A DNA stretch of 63,765 nucleotides, filler included, from Chrysochromulina tobinii (lineage: Eukaryota): NCBI GenBank assembly GCA_001275005.1. It is 5 parts of 5 records of this genome, joined end to end, with 100 filler letters (N's around TTAATTAATTAA, not from the genome) between each part and the next. Parts side by side here need not be neighbours in the genome. Positions count along the whole stretch, not along the records: positions 30,557 to 43,854 come from JWZX01001200.1; positions 43,955 to 59,507 come from JWZX01001203.1; 3 more parts are not named here. One strand, given 5' to 3'. The translations under genes and the position numbers were made by a program. The notes beneath the pieces are model-generated. The model saw only the letters and a program-made list of their open reading frames with translations, was not told the DNA's origin and searched no databases. Shown here piece by piece: positions 40,130-50,328 of the stretch; within the stretch, counting starts at the first letter, position 1, and each line of letters opens with the position of its first letter.

Positions 40130-42559
40130 TCAAAACTCCATCGTCTGCCAGCCGCCAGCCGCCGCGACGAAGAAGTTGTTGAGCTCCTTGGTGAGGGCAC
40201 GCGAGATACGCGCGGCCGGGTAGGCGCCCTGGAGGAGGGCGAGGTGCGAACGCACCTGCTCCTTGCGCACGGCGCGCCGTACCTCGCCGTGTGGCGGCCC
40301 GGGGTTCCGTGGCGTGGTCCCATCCTCGCCAAAGAGGGCGAGCAGCGCCGCAGCGGCCACGGTGGCCGATCGATCGTCCCCACGCTCACAGCAGATGAGC
40401 ACCCTGCGCCCTGCGGCCAGGTGGCCGTACGTGAAGCGCAGCGCAGCGGGCAAGACGGCGCGCTGCCACCAGTCCTTGCTCGGCTGTGCGCGCTTGCTGC
40501 GCCCCCGGCTCTCGTCCTCTACTGGGACGTGTAAGAGGCGATAGGGGATCGTCGTTGCCGGCGACGGCGCTTCTGTCGCCGCCCCCTGCTCCGTCGCCGC
40601 TGCCGCCGCCGCCGTCGTGGCGTGGGGCGCGTCCTTGTGGTTGGGTGCCTCGGCCTGCGTGGCCTGTGAACAGTCCGTCAGACAGACAGTTTCGTGGTTG
40701 GGTGCCTCGGCCTGCGTGGCCGCCCCGAGCGCGCCGTTCGCCCAGGACGGCGCTCCGATCGAGCCGCCCACGTCGAGGATCGCGTCCGCATGGTGCCATA
40801 CGTCGGGTAGACACGCGGCCGCGCGAGGGCCAAGAAGGAGGCCGCTACCCCACAGAGACACCGCCACTGCCGGGGCTGTACCGCTCGCGTCGGCGCCGCT
40901 GTTGCCAGCCGTCGCCGCCTCCGCCGCCTCCGCCGCCTCCACCGCCTCCGCCGCCCCCATCGACGCACTCTTCGCTGCCGCTGCCACCTCGCTGCGGTCC
41001 GCACCGTGCTCTACATCTGCCGGGGCGGCCGCGGAGGTCAGCTCGCTGATAATGACGCGCTCGCCCCTCTGTGCGGCGCAGAGGGCGTCGCTGAGGGCGG
41101 CCTCGGCCGCCTCGGGCGAGCGCGCGGCGAGGGCAAGGATGGGCACCCGCCACTGCCACCACAGCTCCGGCGTCACGCCGCGTGCCCAGTTCTCATCATC
41201 GTCGCCCGCGCCCTGCACATACGTCCACGACGCCCGCTCACGCGCCGCCTCAGCTGAGCATGCCTCCGAGGCACACACGCAGTGCACCCACGCAAACGGC
41301 CCACCTCCCTCCACCGCCGCCGCCTGCACGGCAAGGGCCTCCGCTGCGTATGCGTCCACCGCGAGCGCTGCCGCCGTCGCGCCCCCCGCCGCTGCGGCCG
41401 CACGCCGAACGCGCTGCCCGTCGACGGGCGCGCAGAGCCAGCTCGGCCGGAGTGGAAGGCGCATCGCGGAGCGTAGCTTGGTGAGCACCGGGGCGAGCGC
41501 GGGGCGGCGCAGGCTCGCGACCCATCCAGCCAGCCGCGCTTCGATCTGTGCCGCCTCGCTCGCCGGCACCCACGGCGGAAGGTGCAATGACGTATCCCAC
41601 CTAGACGCGTCACCATGGCGCAAAGCCGCTGCTGCCGATGCTGCCGTTTCGTGCGCATCTGCCGCCTCGGCCGCCGTCTCGCCCGCCGCCGCCTCGCCCG
41701 TCGCCGCCGCCTCGCCCGTCGCCGCCGCCTGAGCTGCCGCCGCCTGGCGCTGTGCGTTGGCCCGCGCGTCGGCCTTGGCCTCGGCGGCGATGGCGCGGTT
41801 GAGCACGCAGCACCAGATCGGGATGGTCTTGGTGAGGGCGTCCGGGAACCGCTTGCCACTGCGCGTCGAGTCGACGATGATGACTTGTCCCTGCGCCCCA
41901 GCGGCAAGGGCGGCTTGCAAGTTGAGACGGGTGAGAGAGAAGCCCCAAGTGCCACAGTGGCCGTCGGTGGACTTGAAGTAGCAATGGCCCGCAGCGAGGG
42001 TCGGCGGCACGTACCACGCGCCACAGCGCAGGTTGCAAAACATTAGAGGGGCGCCGAGGGCCGCGTGTGCGAGGCGGACGAAGGCGGCGTCGTGCTCGAT
42101 CGAGCGCAGGTGCGAGAGACGGTCCGCCCGCCGCTGCTTATGGAGGGCACGCAAGACACTCCCTACCGTCGGCACGCCTTCCCACGCCAGGTGCCACGGT
42201 AGCGACGAAGGCAATGCCTCGAGCTCCTCGGAGATGCCTCGCGAAACTCGGGCTGCGTCGTCGCTCTCGTCGTCGCTCTCGTCGTCGCTCTCGTCGTCAC
42301 GCGGGCGGTGGGAGGCGTGCGGGCGGTGGAGGCGCTGGGCAACTGGAGGCTCGCTCGTTGACGCGCTCGGCATGTGAAGGCCGAGCGGGGAGAGCGTCTC
42401 CAGTGGCCGCCTCAAACTTTTCCCCCCAGGGACACTCGGCAGCGTCGATGCTTCTTCAGATTGTTCGGTTGACGTTGCCGGGGCACGAGGCCTCTGGCGG
42501 ATCTTCACCGTGAAGGACCGTGATCGTGATGAGCTCTGTGGGGAAAAGAGGAGTGTCAT
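40130..42559 (-). CDS. RIT1: Initiator tRNA A64 2'-O-ribosylphosphate transferase (Rit1)
   Basis: NLRCGAWYVPP, CYFKSTDGH.G.W.FS..RLNL, IIVDSTRSGKRFPDALTKTIPIWCCVLNRA, YVQGAGDD.E.WA.G.TP, and C-terminal VLICCERGDDRS; start uncertain. Confidence 0.92.
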   Translation of the reverse strand: MTLLFSPQSSSRSRSFTVKIRQRPRAPATSTEQSEEASTLPSVPGGKSLRRPLETLSPLGLHMPSASTSEPPVAQRLHRPHASHRPRDDESDDESDDESDDAARVSRGISEELEALPSSLPWHLAWEGVPTVGSVLRALHKQRRADRLSHLRSIEHDAAFVRLAHAALGAPLMFCNLRCGAWYVPPTLAAGHCYFKSTDGHCGTWGFSLTRLNLQAALAAGAQGQVIIVDSTRSGKRFPDALTKTIPIWCCVLNRAIAAEAKADARANAQRQAAAAQAAATGEAAATGEAAAGETAAEAADAHETAASAAAALRHGDASRWDTSLHLPPWVPASEAAQIEARLAGWVASLRRPALAPVLTKLRSAMRLPLRPSWLCAPVDGQRVRRAAAAAGGATAAALAVDAYAAEALAVQAAAVEGGGPFAWVHCVCASEACSAEAARERASWTYVQGAGDDDENWARGVTPELWWQWRVPILALAARSPEAAEAALSDALCAAQRGERVIISELTSAAAPADVEHGADRSEVAAAAKSASMGAAEAVEAAEAAEAATAGNSGADASGTAPAVAVSLWGSGLLLGPRAAACLPDVWHHADAILDVGGSIGAPSWANGALGAATQAEAPNHETVCLTDCSQATQAEAPNHKDAPHATTAAAAAATEQGAATEAPSPATTIPYRLLHVPVEDESRGRSKRAQPSKDWWQRAVLPAALRFTYGHLAAGRRVLICCERGDDRSATVAAAALLALFGEDGTTPRNPGPPHGEVRRAVRKEQVRSHLALLQGAYPAARISRALTKELNNFFVAAAGGWQTMEF

Positions 42560-42605
42560 CTGCAGCTAGCGACTCGGCAAGAAGGCTCTCGCGGCGCGAA
42601 TCGCG

Positions 42606-43829
42606 ATGTTCGGAGCTCCCCGCGTGTTCGGAGCTCCGATGTTCGGAGCTCCCACCGCAGCCTCACCCTTCGGAGGCGCACCCGCAGCCGCAACACTTGG
42701 CGCCGCAACATTTGGCGCCGCACCGATCATCCGCGTCACGGGTTGCGGAGGCAGAGGCAGCGGCTGTGAGGGCGTCTACCGAGCCTCGGAGCGCATGCAC
42801 CATGGCATGCCCATCTACCAGCAGGAGGGGAGCAGTGGCATCTTGTACTACGACGGTAGCGAGTGGAAGCTCAACAACAACGACTCGACCGGCGGATGGT
42901 ACTATAACAACGGCAGCAATTCGATCACGGGGGGCTCATGGCAGCCTGCCGCCGGCGCCAGCGGAAATCCCACCGTCGAGGAGATTCGAGGGCAAGGAGG
43001 CCCGCAGCACAAGGAGGCTTCCGAGCAACTTGCCGAGGACTTCGTGGGTTCGATGCTCAACTACGCGGGGGAGAGCCAGAGGGCCCTCGACGAGATCTTT
43101 GGCGACCTTTTGAGCGACGAGCTGCCAGCAGCGCCTGCCGCCAACGCAGCGGCGGCGCCACCCAAGGCAAAGGCAAAGGCAAAGGCGGCGGAGGAGGAGG
43201 AGGAGGAGGCGGCCAAGGGCTCAACGGACGCAGAGTCAGACGCGCTGCTCCCGCCCGTGCCGCCCCCGCTCAGCACGCGGGAGTGGGCCTACTGCCTCTG
43301 CCTGCTCGATCCACGCGGCAAGGCGGCCCCGCTCAAGCTGGCGCCGGCGCTGCTCGCGGACGCTGTAGCCGACCGACCGCGCCCGGGGCGTGCTGTCGCG
43401 TGGACAGCGTACGACGTGCTGACCGAGCGCCGTCTCGAGCGGCTCGCGCTCGCGCAGGCCACCAAGGCACGTCTCGCAAAGGCGTTGCTGGCTACCGACC
43501 CGAACCGACCCGATGCGCTCGAGGGTGGCGCGGTGGAGGCTCCATGGAGGCCCGCGCCCTCGCCGTTCATCATCGGCGCCGAGGCACTCAATGCGATCAA
43601 TGCATGCAGGACCGACGCGCCGCCGCCCGAGGCTATGCCTGCCATTGCCGAGGCCGCCGCTGCGATGGTGCGCGGCGCACGGCTCCGCACGGCGCCACCG
43701 CCGCCTGTGCACGTGAGCTGCTTCCCGCGCCCCGTCTTTGCCTTCGTCAACGGCTCGACGACGTGGACGTGCGACGCGGGCTCCGTCGTCTGTGACCGGC
43801 GCTCCAATTCGGACGCGACCCAACGGTGA
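42606..43829 (+). CDS. Hypothetical protein with FG/FGA-repeat N-terminus; probably continues past an intron into the spacer
   Basis: 407-aa ORF; GTGACG donor-like site at ~43826 followed by a C-rich tract. Confidence 0.55.
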   Translation: MFGAPRVFGAPMFGAPTAASPFGGAPAAATLGAATFGAAPIIRVTGCGGRGSGCEGVYRASERMHHGMPIYQQEGSSGILYYDGSEWKLNNNDSTGGWYYNNGSNSITGGSWQPAAGASGNPTVEEIRGQGGPQHKEASEQLAEDFVGSMLNYAGESQRALDEIFGDLLSDELPAAPAANAAAAPPKAKAKAKAAEEEEEEAAKGSTDAESDALLPPVPPPLSTREWAYCLCLLDPRGKAAPLKLAPALLADAVADRPRPGRAVAWTAYDVLTERRLERLALAQATKARLAKALLATDPNRPDALEGGAVEAPWRPAPSPFIIGAEALNAINACRTDAPPPEAMPAIAEAAAAMVRGARLRTAPPPPVHVSCFPRPVFAFVNGSTTWTCDAGSVVCDRRSNSDATQR

Positions 43830-43854
43830 CGAGCGCCCCCCGCCCCGCCCCCCC

Positions 43855-43954
43855 NNNNNNNNNNNNNNNNNNNNNNNNNNNNNNNNNNNNNNNNNNNNTT
43901 AATTAATTAANNNNNNNNNNNNNNNNNNNNNNNNNNNNNNNNNNNNNNNNNNNN
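43855..43954. other. Artificial contig spacer
   Basis: 44 N + TTAATTAATTAA + 44 N. Confidence 0.98.
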
Positions 43955-43955
43955 C

Positions 43956-44351
43956 GAGCACCTGCTGCTCCTCACGCAGTACTGCGTGCTGACCATCATC
44001 CCTGACGTGCCCGAAGATATCGCTATCGAGAGTGCCAGGCAGCAAAAGTTCGCAAAGTTGCCTGACGAGAAGCCACCGCCGCCAGAAGAGGAGTGGGACG
44101 ACGACGCGCTGATCAAGCAGCATGGTGGGGTGACTCAGAAGGTGCCTCCCGAGGACGCGCCGCCGGCTGACGAGACTTTCAACGGCACCCTGTTCGGTAG
44201 CCAGTCCCCTACCAGGGTCGCGGCGTTGGATTCGTCGGATGTCTCCTTCGCCGAGAGTGGGGGCATCGATAGCTTCACGCCAGGCGGGCGCTCAAACCGA
44301 CGGGATTTCTCTCAAGCTGGGACGCTCACCTCAATGAGCCATCGTGCCTGA
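43956..44351 (+). CDS. C-terminal fragment of an anoctamin/TMEM16-like protein
   Basis: EHLLLLTQYCVLTIIPDVP matches the anoctamin last-TM motif EH...K.....IPDVP. Confidence 0.6.
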   Translation, partial: EHLLLLTQYCVLTIIPDVPEDIAIESARQQKFAKLPDEKPPPPEEEWDDDALIKQHGGVTQKVPPEDAPPADETFNGTLFGSQSPTRVAALDSSDVSFAESGGIDSFTPGGRSNRRDFSQAGTLTSMSHRA

Positions 44352-44785
44352 GTTGACTCCGCATAACCATGAGAGCATGCTTAGTCGCTGCCGAGCACCG
44401 TACGGTGCACAAGTAATTTGCAACGGAGAGCTGTTACTGGCGTATCCATGTTGGCAACATCATGTTCGTCCGCGCGACGCTCACACGATCGATGCGATCG
44501 CGTGGAGTCCGGAGATGCCATGCCGGGAGGGCGTCACCTAATATCACGCGCGTCACATTGACATTCGCTCACACATAACCGACTATTAACACGTGTCGGC
44601 CTTGAAGACGACTTTACGAGATGCCTTTGGACCAGTCTGGCGTTCCGGCGTCCAAAATGGATTCGCGTCGCGGCACAGCCGGGTGCGCACGCAATGCGGC
44701 TACAACATGTGAAGCAGTACTGCCTTACTGCGACAACGCTGAACGTACGGGTGCAGCCAGCCTCCTGCGTCCTGGCACTCTCTGC

Positions 44786-47700
44786 TCAAAGCCTCTGCAG
44801 ATCGTCGGTCGGCGGCGGCCCATCTACCTCGGGGCCCTCCTCGACCTCCTCGTCGCTGGAGGCTCGAGACCGCCGCTCTTCGCTCGAGGCCCGAACGACG
44901 CGCGCGCCGCTCTTGTCCTTGGTGGCGCGCCGACCCAAACGGCCGAGCAGTCCAGTGCTCCGCTTCGGCGCACCCTCGGTCGCCGACAGATGCGCCGACG
45001 GGTGCAAGACTCCCCGGCTGCTGAGCACAGTGGCGCCTCCCTTGGGTGCGGAGGCTACCAGATGCAGCGGCACCTGGGGCACGTATGGAGACGCGATGGG
45101 CCCGGCACTCCCGCCGGCGCTCCTGTCGCCTGTCACGCCGTCTCGCGCGGTGGCGCCGCCATCGCCACGCGCGGTGGCGCCGCCATCGCCACGCGCGGTG
45201 GCGCCGCCATCGCCTCGCGCGGTGGCGCCTCCATCGCCAGCGCCACGGGCAGCCGCAGCCACGGGCGACTTTGTCGCGCAGTTACCGTTACCGTCGCGGA
45301 GGGCCGTGACTTCACGTGGCGTCGGTGCTGGCGTCCAATCCTCTTCGGCGTCTGCTGCTGCGCCCATGAGCGATGAGATCGAGGCGATCTGCGCCGCCTT
45401 AGCGCCCGTGCGCGGCGTGAGCTGCTCGTATCTCTCCTTGGCGGCATCCGCGTCCATACCGAGGGCTGCACCGAAGCGGCTGGTCACGCCGCCCTCGCTC
45501 GACCGGCGGCTGGTCAGCGCTGCCGCCGCCGCGGCGGCAGCAGATTGCCGGCTCGCGCGCAGTTTCTCCTCGTCCACCGGCGCAGCCTCGCCTCGCGGCG
45601 TCTCCCCAATCTGCCCGGTGAAGCCCAACGAAGCATGCAAGCTCTCAGCCATGCGTCGCTTGGCGCGAGCCTCGGCCGCCCGGGACTCGGCGCGTGCCGC
45701 CAGCTGGCCTGCCAGCGCCAAGTCGCCGCGCTGCAGCGCGCGGCGCGCGTCGGCGCCCACCGCCACCGACTCGCTCGCCGCCTCGTTCGCCTCGTCCTGC
45801 ATCGCGCGCACACGAGCCTTGGCCTCGCGCTTGGTTGCATCGGCCGCCTGCCGATTGGCAGAGCCGACCGCCGCGGCCGCGGCTGCCTTGATGCTCGCCT
45901 CCGTGGTGGCACTCAGCCCTCTCCGTGGTGGCGCGGCCGCCTCAAACTCTTCGGACGGCGCCCCCCTGCGTGGGCTCGCCAGTGGCGCGAGCTCCTTGTC
46001 GTCGCCATGCGTGCCCGCGGCCCCCTCCGACGAGCTCGGATCCTCGTGCGCCTCGGCGGTCGCGACGCCCACGCTCGGTTGGACGAAACTTGACGAAACG
46101 CTCGGTTGGGCGGCTTTTGCGCGCTCCGCGCGGCCGGCTGCGAGACTCGCGAGCTCGGACCTCGCCGCGTTCGCATCGGCACGCGCCTTGCTCACGTGCT
46201 CGCGCCGTGCACGCAACTCGAGCTTCGCGCGTGTCTCGGTGGTGCGACGTGCGGCGAGCTCCTGCTGCGTCGCCGCCATCTGATCGCGCAGTACGGCGAG
46301 CTCGTCCGCGTGTCGAGCCTCGAGCGAAGCGAGCTGGTCATCGACAGCTCGCTTCTCCTGCTCCACCTCCGCTTGCCCCTCGCGCAGCTGTGCGCGCATC
46401 CGTGCTAGCTCCGTCTGCATCTCGCGCATCTCCATCGAATGCCTGGCCTGCAGCTCACCCTGCTGACCTTCATAATGGCTCTCGAGGCGCTCGGTAAGGG
46501 CGCTCGCCTCCCTCGCCGCCGCCTCGGCCGCCGCCTCGGCCGCCGCCGCCGCCCGGAGCTTGTCGTCAAGGAGGGATTGCAGCGAAGCGGTAACACGCGC
46601 CTCCACCTCCGCCGCGAGCGCCGCGAGTCGGTCGGCGTCATCGCCGTAGGCTGCTGCGCCTCCATAGCCCACCATAGCGCCCGGGACGCGGGGGGTGTAT
46701 TGCGAGGCGCCATAGGCGACGGCTCCGTCGACCCGGGGCGTGTATTGCGAGACGCCATAGCCCGGCGGCGTAGGTGGCAGCTGGCTGCGTGGCGAGAGAA
46801 TCGGCGCGCTGTAGCCCCCTGCCTCGCACGAGCGCTCCCGAGAGGCGGTGGGGGCGGTCGAGGCGGTGGACGGCAGCGCTCCTCCCGGCCGCATGGCGAT
46901 CTCGGGGCCGGGGGCCAGCTGCTGAAAGAAGTGCGAGAACGAGTCACTGCCGAGTACCTGGTGCAGGTTGCAGTACCCGTCGCCCGCGTCCGCATTTTGG
47001 CACAGCTCGGCCGCCTGCGCCGCCGACAGAGGCAGCGCGTACTGTTGGGCCACTTGGCAGAGGAGGTCGTACATGTGGCGCGAAGGCAGCCAGCCATTCC
47101 CGTGCGGATTGGCCGCGTAGTACGCTTGGGAGAGTGCCATCAGATAGTTGGTGGTGCGCTGTGTGGCGAAGCCTCCAAGTCGCCCCGCACCGCTGCCGGT
47201 CGCCGCCTCACCGCGTGCCGTGAGCCCGCAGCCCGCGTTGGTGAAGCCTCCGCCAGCCGCAGGCAGCATGAGCGGTGGCACCGGCGCACCCATCCCGCGC
47301 GCCGTGGCGCCGGGCGGCAGGTGAACCTGAAAGCTACCGCCGCCGCCGCGGGGTGACATGGAGGCCATGGCCGCGGCCTGGGCAGCCGCGGCCATTGCTG
47401 CCTGCTGCTGATAGTCCATCACGGCATGCTCCAGACGATCCTGCATCATCTCCTTCCGCATAGCATCAAGCTGCCGCTGCTGCGTGGGGCTCATTTCATC
47501 CATGTCTTGAGGCATAGCCGATGGCGGGCGAGGCATAGCCGCCCGCGGCGAGGCATAGCCGATGGCTGGCGGCCCGGGCGGCGGTAGGCGACTAGGCGCG
47601 GGCAGAGTGCGATTAGGCGCGGGCAGAGTGCGGGGTTGCGCCTGCGAGCGCTGCGTCGAGTGCATCTTCTTGCGCACACGCATGACCGCGAACTTCTCCA

Positions 47701-48052
47701 AGGTGACCTGCCCGGTGCCATCTAAGTCGACAGCGGCGTACATGGTGTCGAGCTGCTCACGGCGTGAGCTGTCGCGAAAAGAGAGATCGTGACGACACAT
47801 GGCGGCACCAAAGTCGGCGCGGCTGATGATGCCGTCGCCGTCGACATCGAACTTTTCGAAGTTGACGCGCGCCGCACTGACCTCATCGAGTGAGAGAGTG
47901 CCGAGCGAGCACGAAAAGGTGCCATCGCTGAGGAACCGCGCGCCGCTTGCTGCCGCGGAGAACGTGCGCGGTGTCATATTGTCTTCGTGGCGTGGATTCG
48001 GCTTGTCGCCGCGCGGAGTGAAGACTCCACTCCACAAGGCGTGTAGCGCCAT
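44786..48052 (-). CDS. EF-hand protein with long coiled-coil/low-complexity tail
   Basis: FEKFDVDGDGIISRADF and DLDGTGQVTLEKF EF-hand loops; coiled-coil heptads; GDGGATAR x4. Confidence 0.75.
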   Translation of the reverse strand: MALHALWSGVFTPRGDKPNPRHEDNMTPRTFSAAASGARFLSDGTFSCSLGTLSLDEVSAARVNFEKFDVDGDGIISRADFGAAMCRHDLSFRDSSRREQLDTMYAAVDLDGTGQVTLEKFAVMRVRKKMHSTQRSQAQPRTLPAPNRTLPAPSRLPPPGPPAIGYASPRAAMPRPPSAMPQDMDEMSPTQQRQLDAMRKEMMQDRLEHAVMDYQQQAAMAAAAQAAAMASMSPRGGGGSFQVHLPPGATARGMGAPVPPLMLPAAGGGFTNAGCGLTARGEAATGSGAGRLGGFATQRTTNYLMALSQAYYAANPHGNGWLPSRHMYDLLCQVAQQYALPLSAAQAAELCQNADAGDGYCNLHQVLGSDSFSHFFQQLAPGPEIAMRPGGALPSTASTAPTASRERSCEAGGYSAPILSPRSQLPPTPPGYGVSQYTPRVDGAVAYGASQYTPRVPGAMVGYGGAAAYGDDADRLAALAAEVEARVTASLQSLLDDKLRAAAAAEAAAEAAAREASALTERLESHYEGQQGELQARHSMEMREMQTELARMRAQLREGQAEVEQEKRAVDDQLASLEARHADELAVLRDQMAATQQELAARRTTETRAKLELRARREHVSKARADANAARSELASLAAGRAERAKAAQPSVSSSFVQPSVGVATAEAHEDPSSSEGAAGTHGDDKELAPLASPRRGAPSEEFEAAAPPRRGLSATTEASIKAAAAAAVGSANRQAADATKREAKARVRAMQDEANEAASESVAVGADARRALQRGDLALAGQLAARAESRAAEARAKRRMAESLHASLGFTGQIGETPRGEAAPVDEEKLRASRQSAAAAAAAALTSRRSSEGGVTSRFGAALGMDADAAKERYEQLTPRTGAKAAQIASISSLMGAAADAEEDWTPAPTPREVTALRDGNGNCATKSPVAAAARGAGDGGATARGDGGATARGDGGATARGDGGATARDGVTGDRSAGGSAGPIASPYVPQVPLHLVASAPKGGATVLSSRGVLHPSAHLSATEGAPKRSTGLLGRLGRRATKDKSGARVVRASSEERRSRASSDEEVEEGPEVDGPPPTDDLQRL

Positions 48053-48227
48053 TGGACAGGGACGGGTGCGGGCGGTGCGCCGCTTACGCGCGATTGCTCG
48101 TGAATGCGGCAAATGTGAGTTGACTCTCGAGTAGTTGGGGGGGCAGGATAGTGGCAGGATATGAGCGGTACCGTTGTTTCGTCACGGGACCTTTGGTGGT
48201 GCAAGACGGGCAACCCGGAGACGCCAC

Positions 48228-49544
48228 ATGCCGCTTGTCCAGATACAGGTGCCGGCCAGCATTCCCGCTGACCGCAATATTCTCGTTGGCTTGCCGTCGG
48301 GGCAGCAGGTTATGGTGCAGGTGCCCCCAAATGTTGCGCCGGGAGCGACTTTGCAAGTGCAGCTTCCGGATGCGCCGGGCGTGCCACAGGGTATGCCGCC
48401 AGCTGCGCAGGGCATGCCAATAGGCATGCCCGTTGTCGCGCCCGTTCCGAGCGCGGGCGGCCTGTACCCAACGCCGGGACCTACGTTCCAACCTCCGCTG
48501 CCACCTCCTCCGGCGATGCATCAAATGCATCAGGTCAAAGCACCCAGCCTCAAGGAGCTCGGCTGGCCTGATGGCCTCTCGCACATGGTGGCGAGCTCCA
48601 TTCCCTCGATGCCCCTCCGCTTCGTCATCGTCGATAACAGCGGCTCCATGCAGTCGATGGACGGGTCTCGCCTCGTGCCCGGCCCAGGTGGCAGGCTGCA
48701 GTCGATCAGGTCGACGAGGTTCCAAGAGCTAGCCCAGACGATCAACGAACTGGCGGCGGTGGCGCACGGCGTGCGCGGGCCCACGCACTTCCACTTTCTC
48801 AACCCGTGTCAGTACGGCCAATTCTTCGGCGTCGCTTGCGAGTTTGCGCCCCCGGACAGCATCGTGACCGCGCTCGGCACGCCCGAGGGTGACCTCATGA
48901 AGCTGCAGCAGGCCACCACGACGTCGCCAGGTGGCACGACGCCTCTGACCGAGGCGTTAGTGCGTGTCGACAGTATGATCCGCCCGCACGCGCACACTCT
49001 GCGCGCGCAGGGCCAAAAGGTTGCCGTGATCATCACGTCGGATGGGCTGCCCAACGACCCGAATAGCTTCCTGCACGCGCTCAAGATGATGCAGCATGAT
49101 CTGCCAGTGTGGATCGTCGTACGGCTATGCACGAGCGAAGACTCAGTGGTCGACTACTGGAGTGGGCTGGACCATCACCTGGAGACGCCTTTGGATATCC
49201 TGGACGACCTCGAGTCCGAGGCCAAAGAGGTTCACAAAAAGAACCCGTGGCTCACCTACGGGCCGGCGCTGCATGCGGCGCGTGTCTTCGGGCTGCAAGA
49301 CCGCCTTTTCGACCTTCTCGACGAGCGTCCGCTACTGCCCTCCCAAGTCAAGGAGTTTGTAGAGAAGCTGCTCTCGTGCGGTGCGCTGCCCGAGCCCGAG
49401 GTCGACCCTAAGGGCTTCAAAATGGCGCTCGAGCAGCGCCTGAAGGTGCACCCCATGGTGTACAACGCCGTCTCGAAGACCATGGCGCCGTGGGTCAACA
49501 CGAATAGGATCGGCAAGGGCGGCGGCGACTGCGCCATCAGCTGA
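48228..49544 (+). CDS. von Willebrand factor A domain protein with C-terminal CaaX (CAIS)
   Basis: MIDAS motif FVIVDNSGSM, GTTPL, VIITSDGLP, WIVVRLCT; ends GGDCAIS. Confidence 0.8.
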   Translation: MPLVQIQVPASIPADRNILVGLPSGQQVMVQVPPNVAPGATLQVQLPDAPGVPQGMPPAAQGMPIGMPVVAPVPSAGGLYPTPGPTFQPPLPPPPAMHQMHQVKAPSLKELGWPDGLSHMVASSIPSMPLRFVIVDNSGSMQSMDGSRLVPGPGGRLQSIRSTRFQELAQTINELAAVAHGVRGPTHFHFLNPCQYGQFFGVACEFAPPDSIVTALGTPEGDLMKLQQATTTSPGGTTPLTEALVRVDSMIRPHAHTLRAQGQKVAVIITSDGLPNDPNSFLHALKMMQHDLPVWIVVRLCTSEDSVVDYWSGLDHHLETPLDILDDLESEAKEVHKKNPWLTYGPALHAARVFGLQDRLFDLLDERPLLPSQVKEFVEKLLSCGALPEPEVDPKGFKMALEQRLKVHPMVYNAVSKTMAPWVNTNRIGKGGGDCAIS

Positions 49545-49639
49545 ATGGCATGCATCGTCAGCTGACTGGCGGATCCGCCAGATTATGGCGCGCCGCCCAC
49601 GGGAAACCCCGCGCGACGCCCCAGGTGTGCGAAAATGGC

Positions 49640-49746
49640 AAACACGACCAAACTCGCAACACCCACCGATGCTGGCAACCATGACCAACCTCGCAACACC
49701 ACCGATGCTGGCAAAGACGACGAATCTCGCAAGACCCACCGATGCC
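49640..49746. repeat. ~38-bp degenerate tandem repeat x3
   Basis: Unit approx. acgaccaaactcgcaacacccaccgatgctggcaa. Confidence 0.75.
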
Positions 49747-50328
49747 GCGATACGATCGCTCAGCGGATCGTGGGCTTAATGGCGCGGCTTCCGCATTGTT
49801 GTTGGCGAGATGCTTTCGATGGCGTTGCCGGCGTTGGCGCGGCTACAATGACGTCGCGTCGCGGCGCGCGAAATGCGAAAAAAGTTAAGAAGAATATTTT
49901 TGAAAAAAGCCGTCGGTACAATGGTGACTATGGCATGTTTAAGGTGTCTGGACCGTGCAACCGGAAGGCTGTTTATACCGTTACCGAATACGTTTCTTGT
50001 GAGTTTTTGTTTGGAGGATCCCAGACTATTTTGGAATTTTCGCTAACCCTGCAACCCTCCATCAGAATCGATTATTCCGACATCGGAGACATGATGGTAA
50101 AACAAAAACTATGGTTCGGATGAATTGCGAAATATCGTTGCATGTGATGGAGATGGACAAGGCGAGTTGCGACGCTTGCTTGGGGGACCACTCTGGTTTT
50201 TGCGGGGGACCTACCAACCTCCTACCACCCCCTCCAACAGACGTCAACAATTGGTATTTTTTTATTTTTTGAAATGGTTTTCTTGACGGTGCCGCCGAGT
50301 TCCGTCAAGAACCCCGATTTACTTCGAG

